In this document: positions 11,339 to 23,251 of the stretch, piece by piece
Layout of the letters: each line of letters begins with the position of its first letter
Numbering within the stretch: position 1 is the stretch's first letter
From: Mytilus californianus
Lineage: Eukaryota
Reading direction: 5' to 3'
Assembly (NCBI RefSeq): GCF_021869535.1
Contig: NW_026262668.1
Location: 55,366,001-55,430,000, forward strand
DNA length: 64,000 nt
Position numbers and translations under genes: made by a program
The notes under the pieces: model-generated
Database searches by the model: none
Told to the model about the DNA's origin: nothing
Seen by the model: the letters and a program-made list of their open reading frames with translations, nothing else

Positions 11339-14300
11339 CCACCACCAGAAAGACTTCATGACAAAAACAGTCACAACAAAATGCAAAAGAAACAAAATAC
11401 AGGGAAAACTTGAACATCTAATACGAATATAATAAATGAAAACAATCATCTCAATGTAAATAATTTTATCTTATCAAAAATATAAAAATTTAAAAAATAT
11501 GGAAAATATAAAGCTCAAACTGAAAGAGTTAACATATGTACAACGTTTTTCAAAATTGACATACGTGTATGTATATACACGATTTTGGAAACAATGTATT
11601 TTTTTGCTGTATGTTATATTATGTGCAAGTTGTTGTAATGAAGTAATACGAAGTGTAGTAACACGTAGTTATGTGATGATATTAATATATGTAGACAGAA
11701 AAAGTGTGAACTCAATGTATAAACAGCTGGTTTATGTTTACATATTATATAGGTTTTTCCCTGTACTATTTATAACAACGAAATGCCTAATTCAAACATT
11801 TAAAGTTCATAATGTTATTGCCAAACCGGTATTTACTCCAAACAGTGAAATAGTTTACACACACATACTAGATATAGTTTTTAAAAATACTTTTCCGTGT
11901 TTAATATTGATAATAAAAGAGATAGATTACTTACCTGTTCAACAGTTGTGCAAAAACATCCATTCAACAAAAGTAATTTCCATGATTTCCGTGTAAATTT
12001 ATACACACATATTGTATACCAGTTTCACAAATTCAAGGTGTGTAAATGAAATTTATATATCCAATCCAACAATGTATGTTACAAGAGAATATTATGAATA
12101 TCTTTGTTGTAGAAACATAGAATACAGTTACACAAAAAATGTTCAGAATAATAATAATCCATGTATATCAATCAGCATGTATGTACAATTAAAAAAAATG
12201 AGTATGCGATCCCGCATTATGATGTTTATAATTATTGCTATTTCTTTACAACATGTGTGTATAACAAATTGATATATGTGTATGGAGAAAATGCATGATT
12301 TATTTTGTGGATAGAATTGAAAACTTTTTAATATGTTATTTGTTAACACAGTAAAATTGTGCAGCCTTAATGTAAATGGCATGCACGCAAGAGAAAAACG
12401 TAACAGGGTTTTGACATGGTTAAAATCTCAAAAAATATCAATAGCCTTAATACAAGAAACTCATATAGACTTAGATATTGAAAATGAAATCAAAAATCAA
12501 ACTAACTTTGATGTTTTTTGCAGTAATGGTACATCAGCAAGCAGGGGGGTCTCGATATTTATAAACAATGTATTAAAGTATGAGATTATAAATCATTTTA
12601 CAGATAAAGATGGAAGGATTGTTTTATTAAATATCCAAATTAATGACACAATTTTCTCAATAGTTTGTTTATATGGACCAAACAACACAACTGCAAGAAA
12701 GTCATTTTTTAAAAAGGTGGATCTCTTTGTGAAAGAAAATGGAATTGGAATCCCAATAATTGGGGGAGATTTTAATGAAACATTTAAAAATATTGACAGA
12801 ATAAGTGCAATTAACAATCACAAAAACAGTAAACCAGTATCAAGCTTGAAATCGTTATTAAAAGAAAATAATCTTATTGATATTTGGCGAGTTATGAATG
12901 AAAATGTACAACAGTTTACTTGGAGGAGAAAAGATAAATCTCAGGCAAGTAGAATAGATCTAATATTGATTGGTAGCAATTTAAGACCTCAGATAGATAC
13001 ATGTAAAATTAAACCGGCAACGATTCAGTATACTGATCATCTGAGTGTTTGTTTAACATTTAAAACGGGGGCGTCAGAAAAAGGACGTGGATTTTGGAAA
13101 ATAAATAGTTCTGTCTTAGAAAATAAAGATTATCAAAGTTTAATTAACAATGTGATTACTAACTTTTTAAATCAATACCAAAATAAAGATACAGACTGTC
13201 GGATTTTTTGGGATATATTAAAACTTGAAATTAAAGAAGCTACTTTAATATATTGTAAATCAAAAGCTAAAACCAAAAGAGAAGTCACACGCACCTTAGA
13301 AAAAGAATTACAAGAAAAGATGGTTGAAAGAGACCAATTAAATTTGTGTTACTCTAATTTAGATGATCATATCAAAAATTTAGAATCAGAACTGAATAAT
13401 ATTTATGATGAGAAAGCCATTGGTGCACAAATCAGAGCCAGAGAAAAATGGGTTGAATTTGGAGAAAAAAATAATGCATATTTTTTGGGACTTGAAAAAC
13501 AAAGGCAAATTAAGAAATCGATAAATAAGTTATTAGATGAAAAAAACAATGTTTTAAAGGATCAAAGTAAGATTTTACTTGAAATTAAAAACTATTATGA
13601 AAAATTGTTTTCATCACAAAATCCGAATGATACATTATCTCAAGAATACATTAAAAATACAAAATTAGAAAAAAAATTAAATGATGAAGATAAGCTATTG
13701 TGTGATGGTTCAGTTACGCTTGAGGAGTGTTCTGAAGCAATACAAAATATGAAATTGAACAAGTCTCCTGGACTTGACGGTCTAACCGTAGAATTTTACA
13801 AAACATTTTGGGAGAAGCTTAAATATTTACTTGTTAAAGTATATAATAAGGGTCATGAAGATAATTTATTGACTTACTCGCAGCGGTCTAGTGTTTTGTC
13901 GTTAATATTTAAAAAGGGGGACCCATTAAAATTAGAAAATTATAGACCAATTTCATTATTAAATGTCGATCTTAAAATATTGTCCCATGTACTAGCTCAA
14001 CGACTGAAAAAAGTTTTACCAAAACTCATAAACACAGATCAGTCTGGATACATAAAAAATAGATTCATTGGATTTAATTTAAGGCAAATACAAGATATTA
14101 TAGATTATGCAGATATATATAATATAGAAGGGGCTATTGTTTTTGTCGATTTTAAAAAAGCTTTTGACACTCTTGAATGGAAATTTATGCTAGATACTTT
14201 ATATCACTTTGGATTCAATGAATCATTTATAAATTGGATTAAAACTTTGTATACTGATATTCAAACATGTATTATTAATAATGGGTGGATTTCAGAAATG

Positions 14301-16273
14301 TTTAAGAATTCAAGAGGGATTAGACAAGGGTGTCCTTTATCTGCTCTACTTTTTGTAATATCCGTTGAAATATTGGCACTGAGACTTCGAAATAACGAAG
14401 ATATAAAAGGATTTCAGATAAAATTTGATAGAAAAACACATTGTATTAAAATAAGCCAATTAGCTGATGACACAACTTTATTTTTTAATGATAAAAATGA
14501 CATCGAACTAGCATTGAATGAAATTGAAATCTTTGGATCTTATTCGGGATTAATTATAAATAAAAATAAAACAGAAGGGATATGGATAGGAAAACTCAAA
14601 AATAGTAAAGACAAAATTGCAAATATTAGCTGGACAGATAAACCTGTAAAAGCCTTAGGGATTTATTTTGGACATGATAATGAAGAATGTGAGAAATTAA
14701 ATTTTGAAAATAAAATAGATAAAATGGATAAATTACTTACTCTTTGGAAAAAGCGAAATCTCACTATATTAGGGAAAATTTTGATAATAAAGTCTTTGAT
14801 TATACCACTCTTCACCTTTTTAGCTAGCTCATGTGTATTTCCAGAAAAATATAAAAAAGACATAGAAAGAAAATGTTTTAAATTTATCTGGAATGACAAA
14901 CCAGATAAAGTTAAAAGAAATACGATGATTGGTAGTTATGAAAACGGGGGTTTGAATATGATTGACATTGAAAGTCACTTTGAATCACTAAAAGCATCAT
15001 GGATAGGTAGAATCTTAAATAAAGATATTGCCAGATGGCAACTTATACCTTTAAAATATTTACAAGGCTCAGGAAAAAAATGCCTAGCAGTTTATATGAA
15101 TATGGATTATAATAATGTTGATCAATATCTACATAATTTACCAAAATTTTATAAAAATGTATTAAAATGCTGGATGAAAGTAGGAGGAGGACAGACAGAT
15201 ATACCAAAAACCTTTTACGAAATTAGAAAACAAATTATTTGGGGGAATAAATACATTAAATTTAATAACAAAAGTCTTTTTTTCAAAAATTGGATAAAAG
15301 GTAATTTGATTTATATAAATGATATTTTAGATGAAAATGGGGAAATTTCACAAGAGGTAATTTTGCAAAAAATTGAAAATAAATCCAACTGGATAGCTGA
15401 GTTGACATCCATAAAAAAAGCAATTCCAAAAGATTGGTTACAATGTCTTAGATCAGAGAATTCCACGAGAAGTATAGTCAATGTAAACAGACAATGTTTG
15501 TCAATAAGTGGTAATTATATTGACATTTCTTTTTTGTCAAATAAGTTATTATATAACAGATTAGTAAAGAAAAAAGTTGTGAAACCGATTGGTATGAATG
15601 TATGGTTAAATGTACTACCATTACAGACAGAATTTCATTTGAAACCATTGTACAACTTTATTTTTCACTATTTAGAAGAAAATAAATTGAAGATGTATCG
15701 ATGGAAACTTTTACAAGGTATATTACCTACTAAAAAGTTATTGTTTAGATGGAAGGTAACAGACAATGATTTATGTAACAAATGTTTTACTGAAGAAGAT
15801 TATCAACATTATTTTATGTCATGTTCTTTTTTAAACGATTTTTGGAGAAAAATTCATAATTTATTGCAAAAAGTAAATATAGAAAAAGCTATCACATTGA
15901 AAGATATTGTTTTTGGCTATAAAATATCTGATAAATATTATTTTGGCTTTAACTATCTTATTACTATAATTGGGTTTTCAATTTATAAATCCTACTATGT
16001 ATCTGATCAGAAAATGAAAAGACTTGATGTTTTTTGTCTATTCATTAGAGAATTTACAAAACGAATGTATTATTCAAAAAAGTTAGAAGAAGTTAAATTT
16101 TTAGTTAATGTTAAGAAACATTTATTAGATTGATGTTTTATTTATTAATATAATAGAATTAAAAATTATATTTATTCTTCACAAGAAGCTTGGACTTGTT
16201 GAAGACAATGTAACAAGCAACTGATGGAAATAAAGAAATTTAAAAAAGAAAAAAATGAAATAAAAAAAAAAAA
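11339..16273 (+). mobile_element. 5'-truncated L1/Tx1-clade LINE with poly-A tail and TSD
   Basis: TSD AAGATTTTGGAATGACA at 11322-11338 and 16272-16288; A-rich tail at ~16230-16273; intact ORF2. Confidence 0.93.
12333..16133 (+). CDS. LINE ORF2: APE endonuclease, reverse transcriptase and CCHC zinc knuckle (1266 aa, uninterrupted)
   Basis: SLNVNG, IQETH, GGDFN, SRIDLIL, TDH; KSPGLDG, YRPISLLNVDLK, DFKKAFD, QGCPLS, QLADDT; CNKC-x7-H-x4-C. Confidence 0.97.
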   Translation: MLFVNTVKLCSLNVNGMHAREKRNRVLTWLKSQKISIALIQETHIDLDIENEIKNQTNFDVFCSNGTSASRGVSIFINNVLKYEIINHFTDKDGRIVLLNIQINDTIFSIVCLYGPNNTTARKSFFKKVDLFVKENGIGIPIIGGDFNETFKNIDRISAINNHKNSKPVSSLKSLLKENNLIDIWRVMNENVQQFTWRRKDKSQASRIDLILIGSNLRPQIDTCKIKPATIQYTDHLSVCLTFKTGASEKGRGFWKINSSVLENKDYQSLINNVITNFLNQYQNKDTDCRIFWDILKLEIKEATLIYCKSKAKTKREVTRTLEKELQEKMVERDQLNLCYSNLDDHIKNLESELNNIYDEKAIGAQIRAREKWVEFGEKNNAYFLGLEKQRQIKKSINKLLDEKNNVLKDQSKILLEIKNYYEKLFSSQNPNDTLSQEYIKNTKLEKKLNDEDKLLCDGSVTLEECSEAIQNMKLNKSPGLDGLTVEFYKTFWEKLKYLLVKVYNKGHEDNLLTYSQRSSVLSLIFKKGDPLKLENYRPISLLNVDLKILSHVLAQRLKKVLPKLINTDQSGYIKNRFIGFNLRQIQDIIDYADIYNIEGAIVFVDFKKAFDTLEWKFMLDTLYHFGFNESFINWIKTLYTDIQTCIINNGWISEMFKNSRGIRQGCPLSALLFVISVEILALRLRNNEDIKGFQIKFDRKTHCIKISQLADDTTLFFNDKNDIELALNEIEIFGSYSGLIINKNKTEGIWIGKLKNSKDKIANISWTDKPVKALGIYFGHDNEECEKLNFENKIDKMDKLLTLWKKRNLTILGKILIIKSLIIPLFTFLASSCVFPEKYKKDIERKCFKFIWNDKPDKVKRNTMIGSYENGGLNMIDIESHFESLKASWIGRILNKDIARWQLIPLKYLQGSGKKCLAVYMNMDYNNVDQYLHNLPKFYKNVLKCWMKVGGGQTDIPKTFYEIRKQIIWGNKYIKFNNKSLFFKNWIKGNLIYINDILDENGEISQEVILQKIENKSNWIAELTSIKKAIPKDWLQCLRSENSTRSIVNVNRQCLSISGNYIDISFLSNKLLYNRLVKKKVVKPIGMNVWLNVLPLQTEFHLKPLYNFIFHYLEENKLKMYRWKLLQGILPTKKLLFRWKVTDNDLCNKCFTEEDYQHYFMSCSFLNDFWRKIHNLLQKVNIEKAITLKDIVFGYKISDKYYFGFNYLITIIGFSIYKSYYVSDQKMKRLDVFCLFIREFTKRMYYSKKLEEVKFLVNVKKHLLD

Positions 16274-16777
16274 GATTTTGGAATGACATCACCAAAGAAT
16301 TTTGATGTTCTGTCAATCCTGATGTTACTGTATGCACTAGTTCTAGTATGATGCGACATTTGAGAATTAATACTATATGCAAGAATAATAGTCCCAATCG
16401 ACATATAACAATGTTAACTAGAGAAAGCATAATTATCAATTGAACAAGTACTATATATCCCGTGGAATACCCCTAGTTACACCTAAATGTATGCAGCATT
16501 CACCGTGATTCAAGGGTTACAAATGTACACACAAACATAGATGACGTTATTTACTTTTTTTTTGTATAATATGATAGTTAAATAATAAAAAATAAATATC
16601 TTATAATCATTTATGAATCAGAACTTACTAAACGAATCAGTGATTAAAGCTATTTATCCTTTCGTATATAATTAGTATGACTGGCGATATATAATAAAGT
16701 GTCGTACATAGGAAAACGAATCCTGTATAATGCAGATTAATTAAGAAAAGGGAACGAGTATCAATGGGAGATGTAGG

Positions 16778-16930
16778 TTTGGGCTAATTGATGTAACATT
16801 TGGGCTACAAATATGTTATGTTTGGGTCAGAGGCAAGTCTTCATTTGAGCTAGATAATAAGGTTGACATTTGGACTAAAGTAAAGTCGACATTTGGGCTA
16901 AATCATAAAGTCGACATTTGGGGTAATCAT
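16778..16930. repeat. Short degenerate tandem repeat (GACATTTGGGCTAAA-like)
   Basis: The motif is repeated about six times with ~23-bp spacing near the end. Confidence 0.5.
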
Positions 16931-18262
16931 CCTTTTTAAAGGTAAATTACATGTAAAATATCTATATTTTAATCATATAAAAATATTCAATATGTAAAAA
17001 AAGCCATTCTATTTATTACATATATGTTTCTGTTTAATGTACCGATTGCCAGACAGTGATTGATTCCTGGTAAACAGGATGTTGTGGATGTCGGATTTTG
17101 AGCAAGTCAAGTCATTATAGCACTAAGTAGTGTTTAGACTATGTCAATATGAAGGTATAATTTTCATGTTGGATGTTTATTCTTTTTTTTAATTTAATAT
17201 CTTATTCTTATATATTTCATATCAAATATCGATACTGATAAATATTACCTGAACAGGCAAAAACTGATTATCCAAAATGTAATTTTTTTCAGTGCACATC
17301 CAACACTATGTATCAAAATATGATCATGAATTAATAATTGTTGATCGGGTCTTGAATACCCATACTTTAACTTCATCATTATCACGTAAAATGGAGTCTA
17401 ATTAATCAATGCTGTTTTTCATAAAAATCTTGAGCGTAATACACATTAAAAACTGAGCAGCGTTTGTCGAATTCAAAATATGGAAATTTACGTAAATTAA
17501 GTAATTACGATAGACGAAACTGCGTATGTTTACATCCCAAATGAAAACAAAAAACAGCCAACCGCTGTGATAAGCACTGCACGATTAGAATTATACCGAT
17601 TGGTGCCAGTGGTTTTAATTTTCGTATCCAATATATTTCTACCGAATTTTTTATCTCAAAACCAACTACCCGAATCAAAACGAAGAAGCTGATGAGTATC
17701 GATAAAATTGTTTAGGGCGGAAATAATAACTGTGAATTCATTTGTGAAGTCAGTTCAAAGTCTAGTGGCCATTTTCGACATGCCGTTATACTGTTAAATT
17801 TGAAAATTTGAAAACAAAAATACATCCGCCAACAGTTCGACATTGTAATATTTTCACAAACATTATAGAAAAGGTATATCGACTCAACATAAAAATGTGA
17901 TTTTTATATAGTTTACAAACATAAATCTTAATCATGTCATGTTCAGTTTAATTTTTTCATCATTTTCCGTGTCTTCCTTAATGGTTACCAAAGAGCTATT
18001 GCATTCAAGTTTTTTCAGTACCATGATAATTTAGGATAGTTCAAATCTTACTAGTTAATAGTGCAACATTGTGACATATAGTACAGAATGTCCGTCAAAA
18101 TGAATAAATTGCCATTGCTAAACTGAACATCGTGCGTCACGTCATTAGAGTGTTTAACAATTAAGGATTGGATTTCATATATCAAGTTGTGTTATACCTG
18201 TGTATTTTGGCAAAATTCAATATCATTGATTAACAAAACTGATTAAAACATATCAAGTATAC

Positions 18263-18550
18263 CTGCAACAACCAAGTCGACACTTTTATTCATCCAAACG
18301 ATTCCTTCCAAAGTAGATAGTCTAATTTTGCATGTATAGTTTCCCATGTCTTCAATCGTGCAATAATTCAGATTGATGGTCGATGTGTTGTCAGTGAAAA
18401 TCCCATCAAGATAACGAATGATTCTTCCTTGAAATGTATGGGTCCATCTGTCAAAGCTGTGCTCTAACCTCCCGACAAAAGAGCATATCAAGGTTATGTT
18501 TGATGATTCATTGCACACCTCTTCATCCTTTAATTCCATTACAGGTTGTT
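18263..18550 (-). CDS. Immunoglobulin-domain exon (phase 1-1, 288 nt)
   Basis: TTTTAG acceptor and G|GTATAC donor; ITLIC...W...DMGNYTC Ig signature. Confidence 0.85.
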
Positions 18551-18589
18551 CTAAAAGATATGTCTTTGTTAAAAAAAATAATATAAGTT

Positions 18590-18665
18590 TATGTTTGATG
18601 ATTCATTGCACACCTCTATATCCTTAGTTCAACGACAGGTTTAGATATGTCTTTGTTAAAAAATT
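18590..18665 (-). pseudogene. Partial tandem duplicate of the 5' end of the Ig exon
   Basis: Near-copy of 18496-18575 (GTTTGATGATTCATTGCACACCTCT...GATATGTCTTTGTTAAAAAA); contains a TAG and lacks the AG acceptor. Confidence 0.75.
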
Positions 18666-18753
18666 TCAAAAATATGTTTGCATTCGAAAGATACCTAATT
18701 CGATACGATAACGTAAAGTCATAGACGTTAGTTCAAACAAATAATTATCATTC

Positions 18754-18934
18754 TAGATTTTACATATAGAGTAACCATACATTGTCTCGAAATATGAATT
18801 TTATTTGTACAAGGCTTAGAAACAGACAGAAAGAGAGGCTTTGCCGAGCATTTCCATCCTGTTTTCAGCCGAGTACAAATAAAATTTATATTTCGAGACA
18901 ATGTACGGTTATTCTTTATATACTGCAAATCCTA
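18754..18934. repeat. Inverted repeat, ~73-bp arms with a ~33-bp spacer (MITE-like hairpin)
   Basis: CATTGTCTCGAAATATGAATTTTATTTGTAC versus GTACAAATAAAATTTATATTTCGAGACAATG. Confidence 0.8.
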
Positions 18935-19767
18935 CAACTGTTCCATATGAAATATTTAGGGTAAAAACCATCATTTTTTAATTTTGAGCGAACGTCGTAA
19001 AAATTCCGCGAACCTGTACCTTTTAATGACGTCATAAATAAAACTCTACGGAAACTCATTGTCAACGTCATACACAAGGCGATATACGATCAGTGACTGT
19101 ATATCACAAATGATTATACGGCCAATGCAATTTGACTGCTCAAATAGTACAGCTGCAGTATATACATCATTATGAATGCAACGTTATATTGTATGGAATC
19201 AGCTCAACAAATTTGACAAATATATAATTCAACCACTTGTTTGAAAAGTCACAATCTGTAAGTTTTTAGGGTTTTAATTATTTCCCTGAAAAAACGAATA
19301 TGAGTGTTTTTGATAACAATAATCATCCTTTTCAACACAGGTGCAAGAGGTATGAATATCAACGTTACAATTACCTCCCCTCTTTTTGAATTTACATTGG
19401 TTTCATTTATTTCACATATTTCTATGTATGATCTACAGTTAAAGAAAGGGTATAATGGTTTACTTTTATAAATTGTAACTTGGATGGAGAGTTGTCTCAT
19501 TGGCACTCATACCACATCTTCCTATATCTATTAAGTGCTGTCTTTTTGTGTTTGCTGGTCAATGGGTTTTCATCCACAGTGGTAAATAATTTTTCAACAT
19601 CGCGAAAAATAACGAATTACTGATATATCAATGCTTGCAAAATGACATGTTTGTTCTGATAAACTTGCAAAAATCCAGGCTTTTCATATTTTTCAATCAA
19701 ATGTATCTCAGTGCTCAGCTCTTCATAAAATTGCATATCACGGCTTTGTGACGTCAAATGCGTTAAC

Positions 19768-21239
19768 CCGGTGTCCTATAGCCATTTTCCCCCATGCTAA
19801 TATTTTCCTTAGGTAAGAACTAGATCGATCCAGTCCCCCCTGAAAAATTGGCATGATCCATCTTTTCCCCCGCAGCGTGATGGGGGAAACCAGGATCAAG
19901 CCTATTCTTCCCCCTTTTAACACGAAAAGCTCATTTTTCCCTTGTAGTAACGTCGGCGACGTCAGTAAGGAATTAATCATACATTAAAGGATAGCAACCT
20001 TCTTTTAAGTAGTTTAGCGTTACCAAACCATCATCGTGGACACATAAACAGACCAGTGAACATATTGAGAGACTGGTGGACCCATAGACAGACTAGTGGG
20101 CACACACACGGACTGGTGGGTGTGTAGTAAGGCTGCATTGGGACATGTTAACAGACTGGTGGATCCATAGACAGACTTGTAGACATGTCGACATACAAGT
20201 GGTAACATAGCTAGACCGGTGGGTGAACATGTTGACTGACTGGTGGACACATAGACGGACTGGTGAACATGTACAGAGACACACAGATGGTGGACATGTA
20301 TACAGACTTGTAGACATGTCGTCAGAATAGTGGACACATCGCTTGAACTGTGGGTGAACATGTTGACTGACTGGTGGACACGTAGACAGATTGGTGAACA
20401 TATAGAGAGACTTGCGGAGACACACAGTCTGGTGGACATATACACAGATTGGTGGACATGTTAACAGACTACTGGACATGGAGACGTACTAATGGACATT
20501 TAGACAGACGAGTGGCCATGCAGAAATGGACTCAGATTTATGGATATGTGATGAAATCACCATACTATCTAGCATTCACACGCTAGCGGACATAGACGAC
20601 TGCACAAAACAAACATAAAGTTCAATGTTTAATGTTAATGTAGGGTAACTCCTTTAATAAGTTCTATACCGATGTCCATAAGTTCTATACCGTTTGTCAT
20701 GATGTTAAATATATGAATGGATGGCAATTTTATTTAACAATATATCAATGGCTCATAATATCTTAATGAATATTAGATAAATTTATTCCTGCGGTGAAAG
20801 TGATAGTTTTCAGGTAAGCCATACGAATAAATCGAATTTTTGGACAGTCATATATGAATCGGGAAATTTTTCGAATGCAAACAGAACCCTAGTAACAAGA
20901 TATAGGTGCCCCACCCCATTCCCCGACCCCAGACCTTTCTAGTGACATGCGTGTCAACAAAACGAACATAATTTGTACCTAACATTTCTTCTATGCAATC
21001 TAAGCCGAAAAACAGATTATTTTAGCATTACAGGAATCAATCATTTCTTAAGAAAATACGAAAAATATATGCAACAAATGGCCATAATTTGATGTATATA
21101 TATAGTGAAATCTATATTGTGGGGGAAATATGAGCATAGGGGAAAAGTGGCTATATGTATACGTATTGTCAACTTTCCGCGGGGAAAGAATGGCAATGAT
21201 CCAAATTTCCCCGGAAGGAAAATGGCTATATAACACCGG
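19768..21239. mobile_element. Non-autonomous TIR element containing a minisatellite
   Basis: TIR CCGGTGT..TATAGCCATTTTCC at both ends; no TSD identified. Confidence 0.6.
20035..20520. repeat. Degenerate ~20-bp minisatellite (GACTGGTGGACACATAGACA-like)
   Basis: Tandem units are visible and explain the spurious ORFs 20020-20445 and 20093-20479. Confidence 0.8.
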
Positions 21240-21381
21240 CCTTAATAAATAACTTTGACGTCATAATGAACTAACTGACTTTGATAAGTTTGACCACAAC
21301 TTATCAATTCATCTTCCGGTTTGCTTGTGAAACAAAGAAAAACACTTATTTTCTATCATGCAAAATACACAAATACAATCT

Positions 21382-23012
21382 CACAGTGTAGATACTATTC
21401 TGTACGCTATCCGGAAGTCGCGATTTTTGAAGCGAGAACTTTTTGGATCACATTTTAAATTTGATGGATATACTGAATTAAACGGTAAGTTGATCATCTG
21501 TACATTACTTAATGATTAATTCAGCTGACATCGATATTCTCAAATGGTTTAGAATTAAATTCAGCACATTCATTATTCGTATCTTTGCCTTAATCAAGAG
21601 ATTTTCAAGTGCATCACTAAGATAAATCAGTCGGTGAACCTAAAAACAATCTTTTTACCCTCTTAGTGTACAAATTAACGTAAAAACCAGACGTAATCAA
21701 CTAAATGAAGTATATTTCAAGTGGTGGTAAAAGTTTCAACCAGATCTTTGAAGCCAGAAATAAGAAAATTACACTTGTTTGAATTTCTCACTGTACGATC
21801 AGTCTCGTTTGTATATTTTGAAACTGTATGATCAGTCTTTATTTCACTGTATTCTAGTGGTGATTTCAAAGTTATTTACGATACATTAGAAGGTGGCATT
21901 TTTCTAAATAACACAAATATATTTCAATAAATTCACATCCTGAAAACTTATGAAACATGTTTTAGCTTGATGGGGTGTACTCGACTTACTACATTAAGTA
22001 TAAGGATGTTTAAATGTTGCTAAAATGAGAGGAAGGTTTGTTGTATATATAAGTTTCAGAAATGTCCTCCGTTATACTTAAAATTGTACAAACACACAGA
22101 TTTAATTGTTATATAAAAAAGCATGTATTTACACACATTCGAGGCCGTACTGTAGCCTATAATTGATCACAGTTCATTCACTTTGTTTTGGATGTAGAGC
22201 TGTCTCTTTGACACTCAATTGTACATCACTTTGTAAAGCGGGGGTTTATAGTGATAATGAAGTCCGTCTTTCCGTTGGACCGGTACAATATGTTTCGTCG
22301 GTTTTGTAAGTGCATCTCCTCATAAACCACTTAATATACATTGTGGGTTCCAGCCATTTTTAAATGGTGAGGGGGTTCAATCCAGGAGAAAAAAATCATC
22401 AGAAATATATTTGTATTGTCTGATGAAAGAAATTACATGTTATAGTTCCCTGGACAGTTCATAATATCACATAGACACGTATATACCTTCAAATTGCCGT
22501 TGTTTCTTTTTCAAAATCACGACTGGTCATACAGTCAAAAAATCTGAAATCGCTTCTAGAATACAGTCAGTTCTAGACTGATCGTACAGTAATTTATTTT
22601 GGGATCCTCAAGGAAAACATATTTTTTTATGGGAAATACGAATATTCTACTTAAATACGAAAAGAATATTGAAACAGTATATATTTAACTGTAAACTGAT
22701 GCAAATATTTGCATTAAAAGATTATTTGCTTTGTACTACGAGAGCAAAATTGTCCATCGATTTCACTTTTTTCTATCAAGTTGGTGTGATGCACACGTAT
22801 ATATTATATTCTTATGCATGTTTTTTGTTACAGTTACTCATATTTATGATGCTATACATACCTTAAAGATGTTCAAAGCACTTTATAGATATAGGAGTAA
22901 ACAAATGATGAGAAAAGTCACCGTAGGCAAAACCGTCCTGTTAGCCAGTCGGAAATCATCGCTTCGAAAATCGCGACTTCCAGATAGCGTACAGAATAGT
23001 ATCTACACTGTG
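21382..23012. mobile_element. Non-autonomous Transib/RAG-like DNA transposon (CACAGTG termini, 5-bp TSD)
   Basis: 54-bp TIRs with 2 mismatches (21382-21435 and 22959-23012); AATCT at 21377-21381 and 23013-23017; no transposase ORF inside. Confidence 0.7.
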
Positions 23013-23251
23013 AATCTCAGACTCATAAATCGATTATCAGATTTTTATCATATTTATATTGTAAAATACCAATATGCAGACATCTTGATAATCGGTACTT
23101 ATTTCATGTATCTTTCTTATCTTTCTTATCATTTTTAATTGATATCACTATCTTCAGTAGAAAGTAATTTCCTGCAATAATTTCATGCAAGCTTATTATT
23201 TTTTGTTGCTTAATTAATAGCAGCAGCCTTGAAGAAATCTATGCACAAAAA

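Noticed and set aside
21382-21430. Complete 12/23 RSS
   Set aside because: The heptamer is perfect, but no ACAAAAACC-like nonamer lies at 12 or 23 bp on either end.
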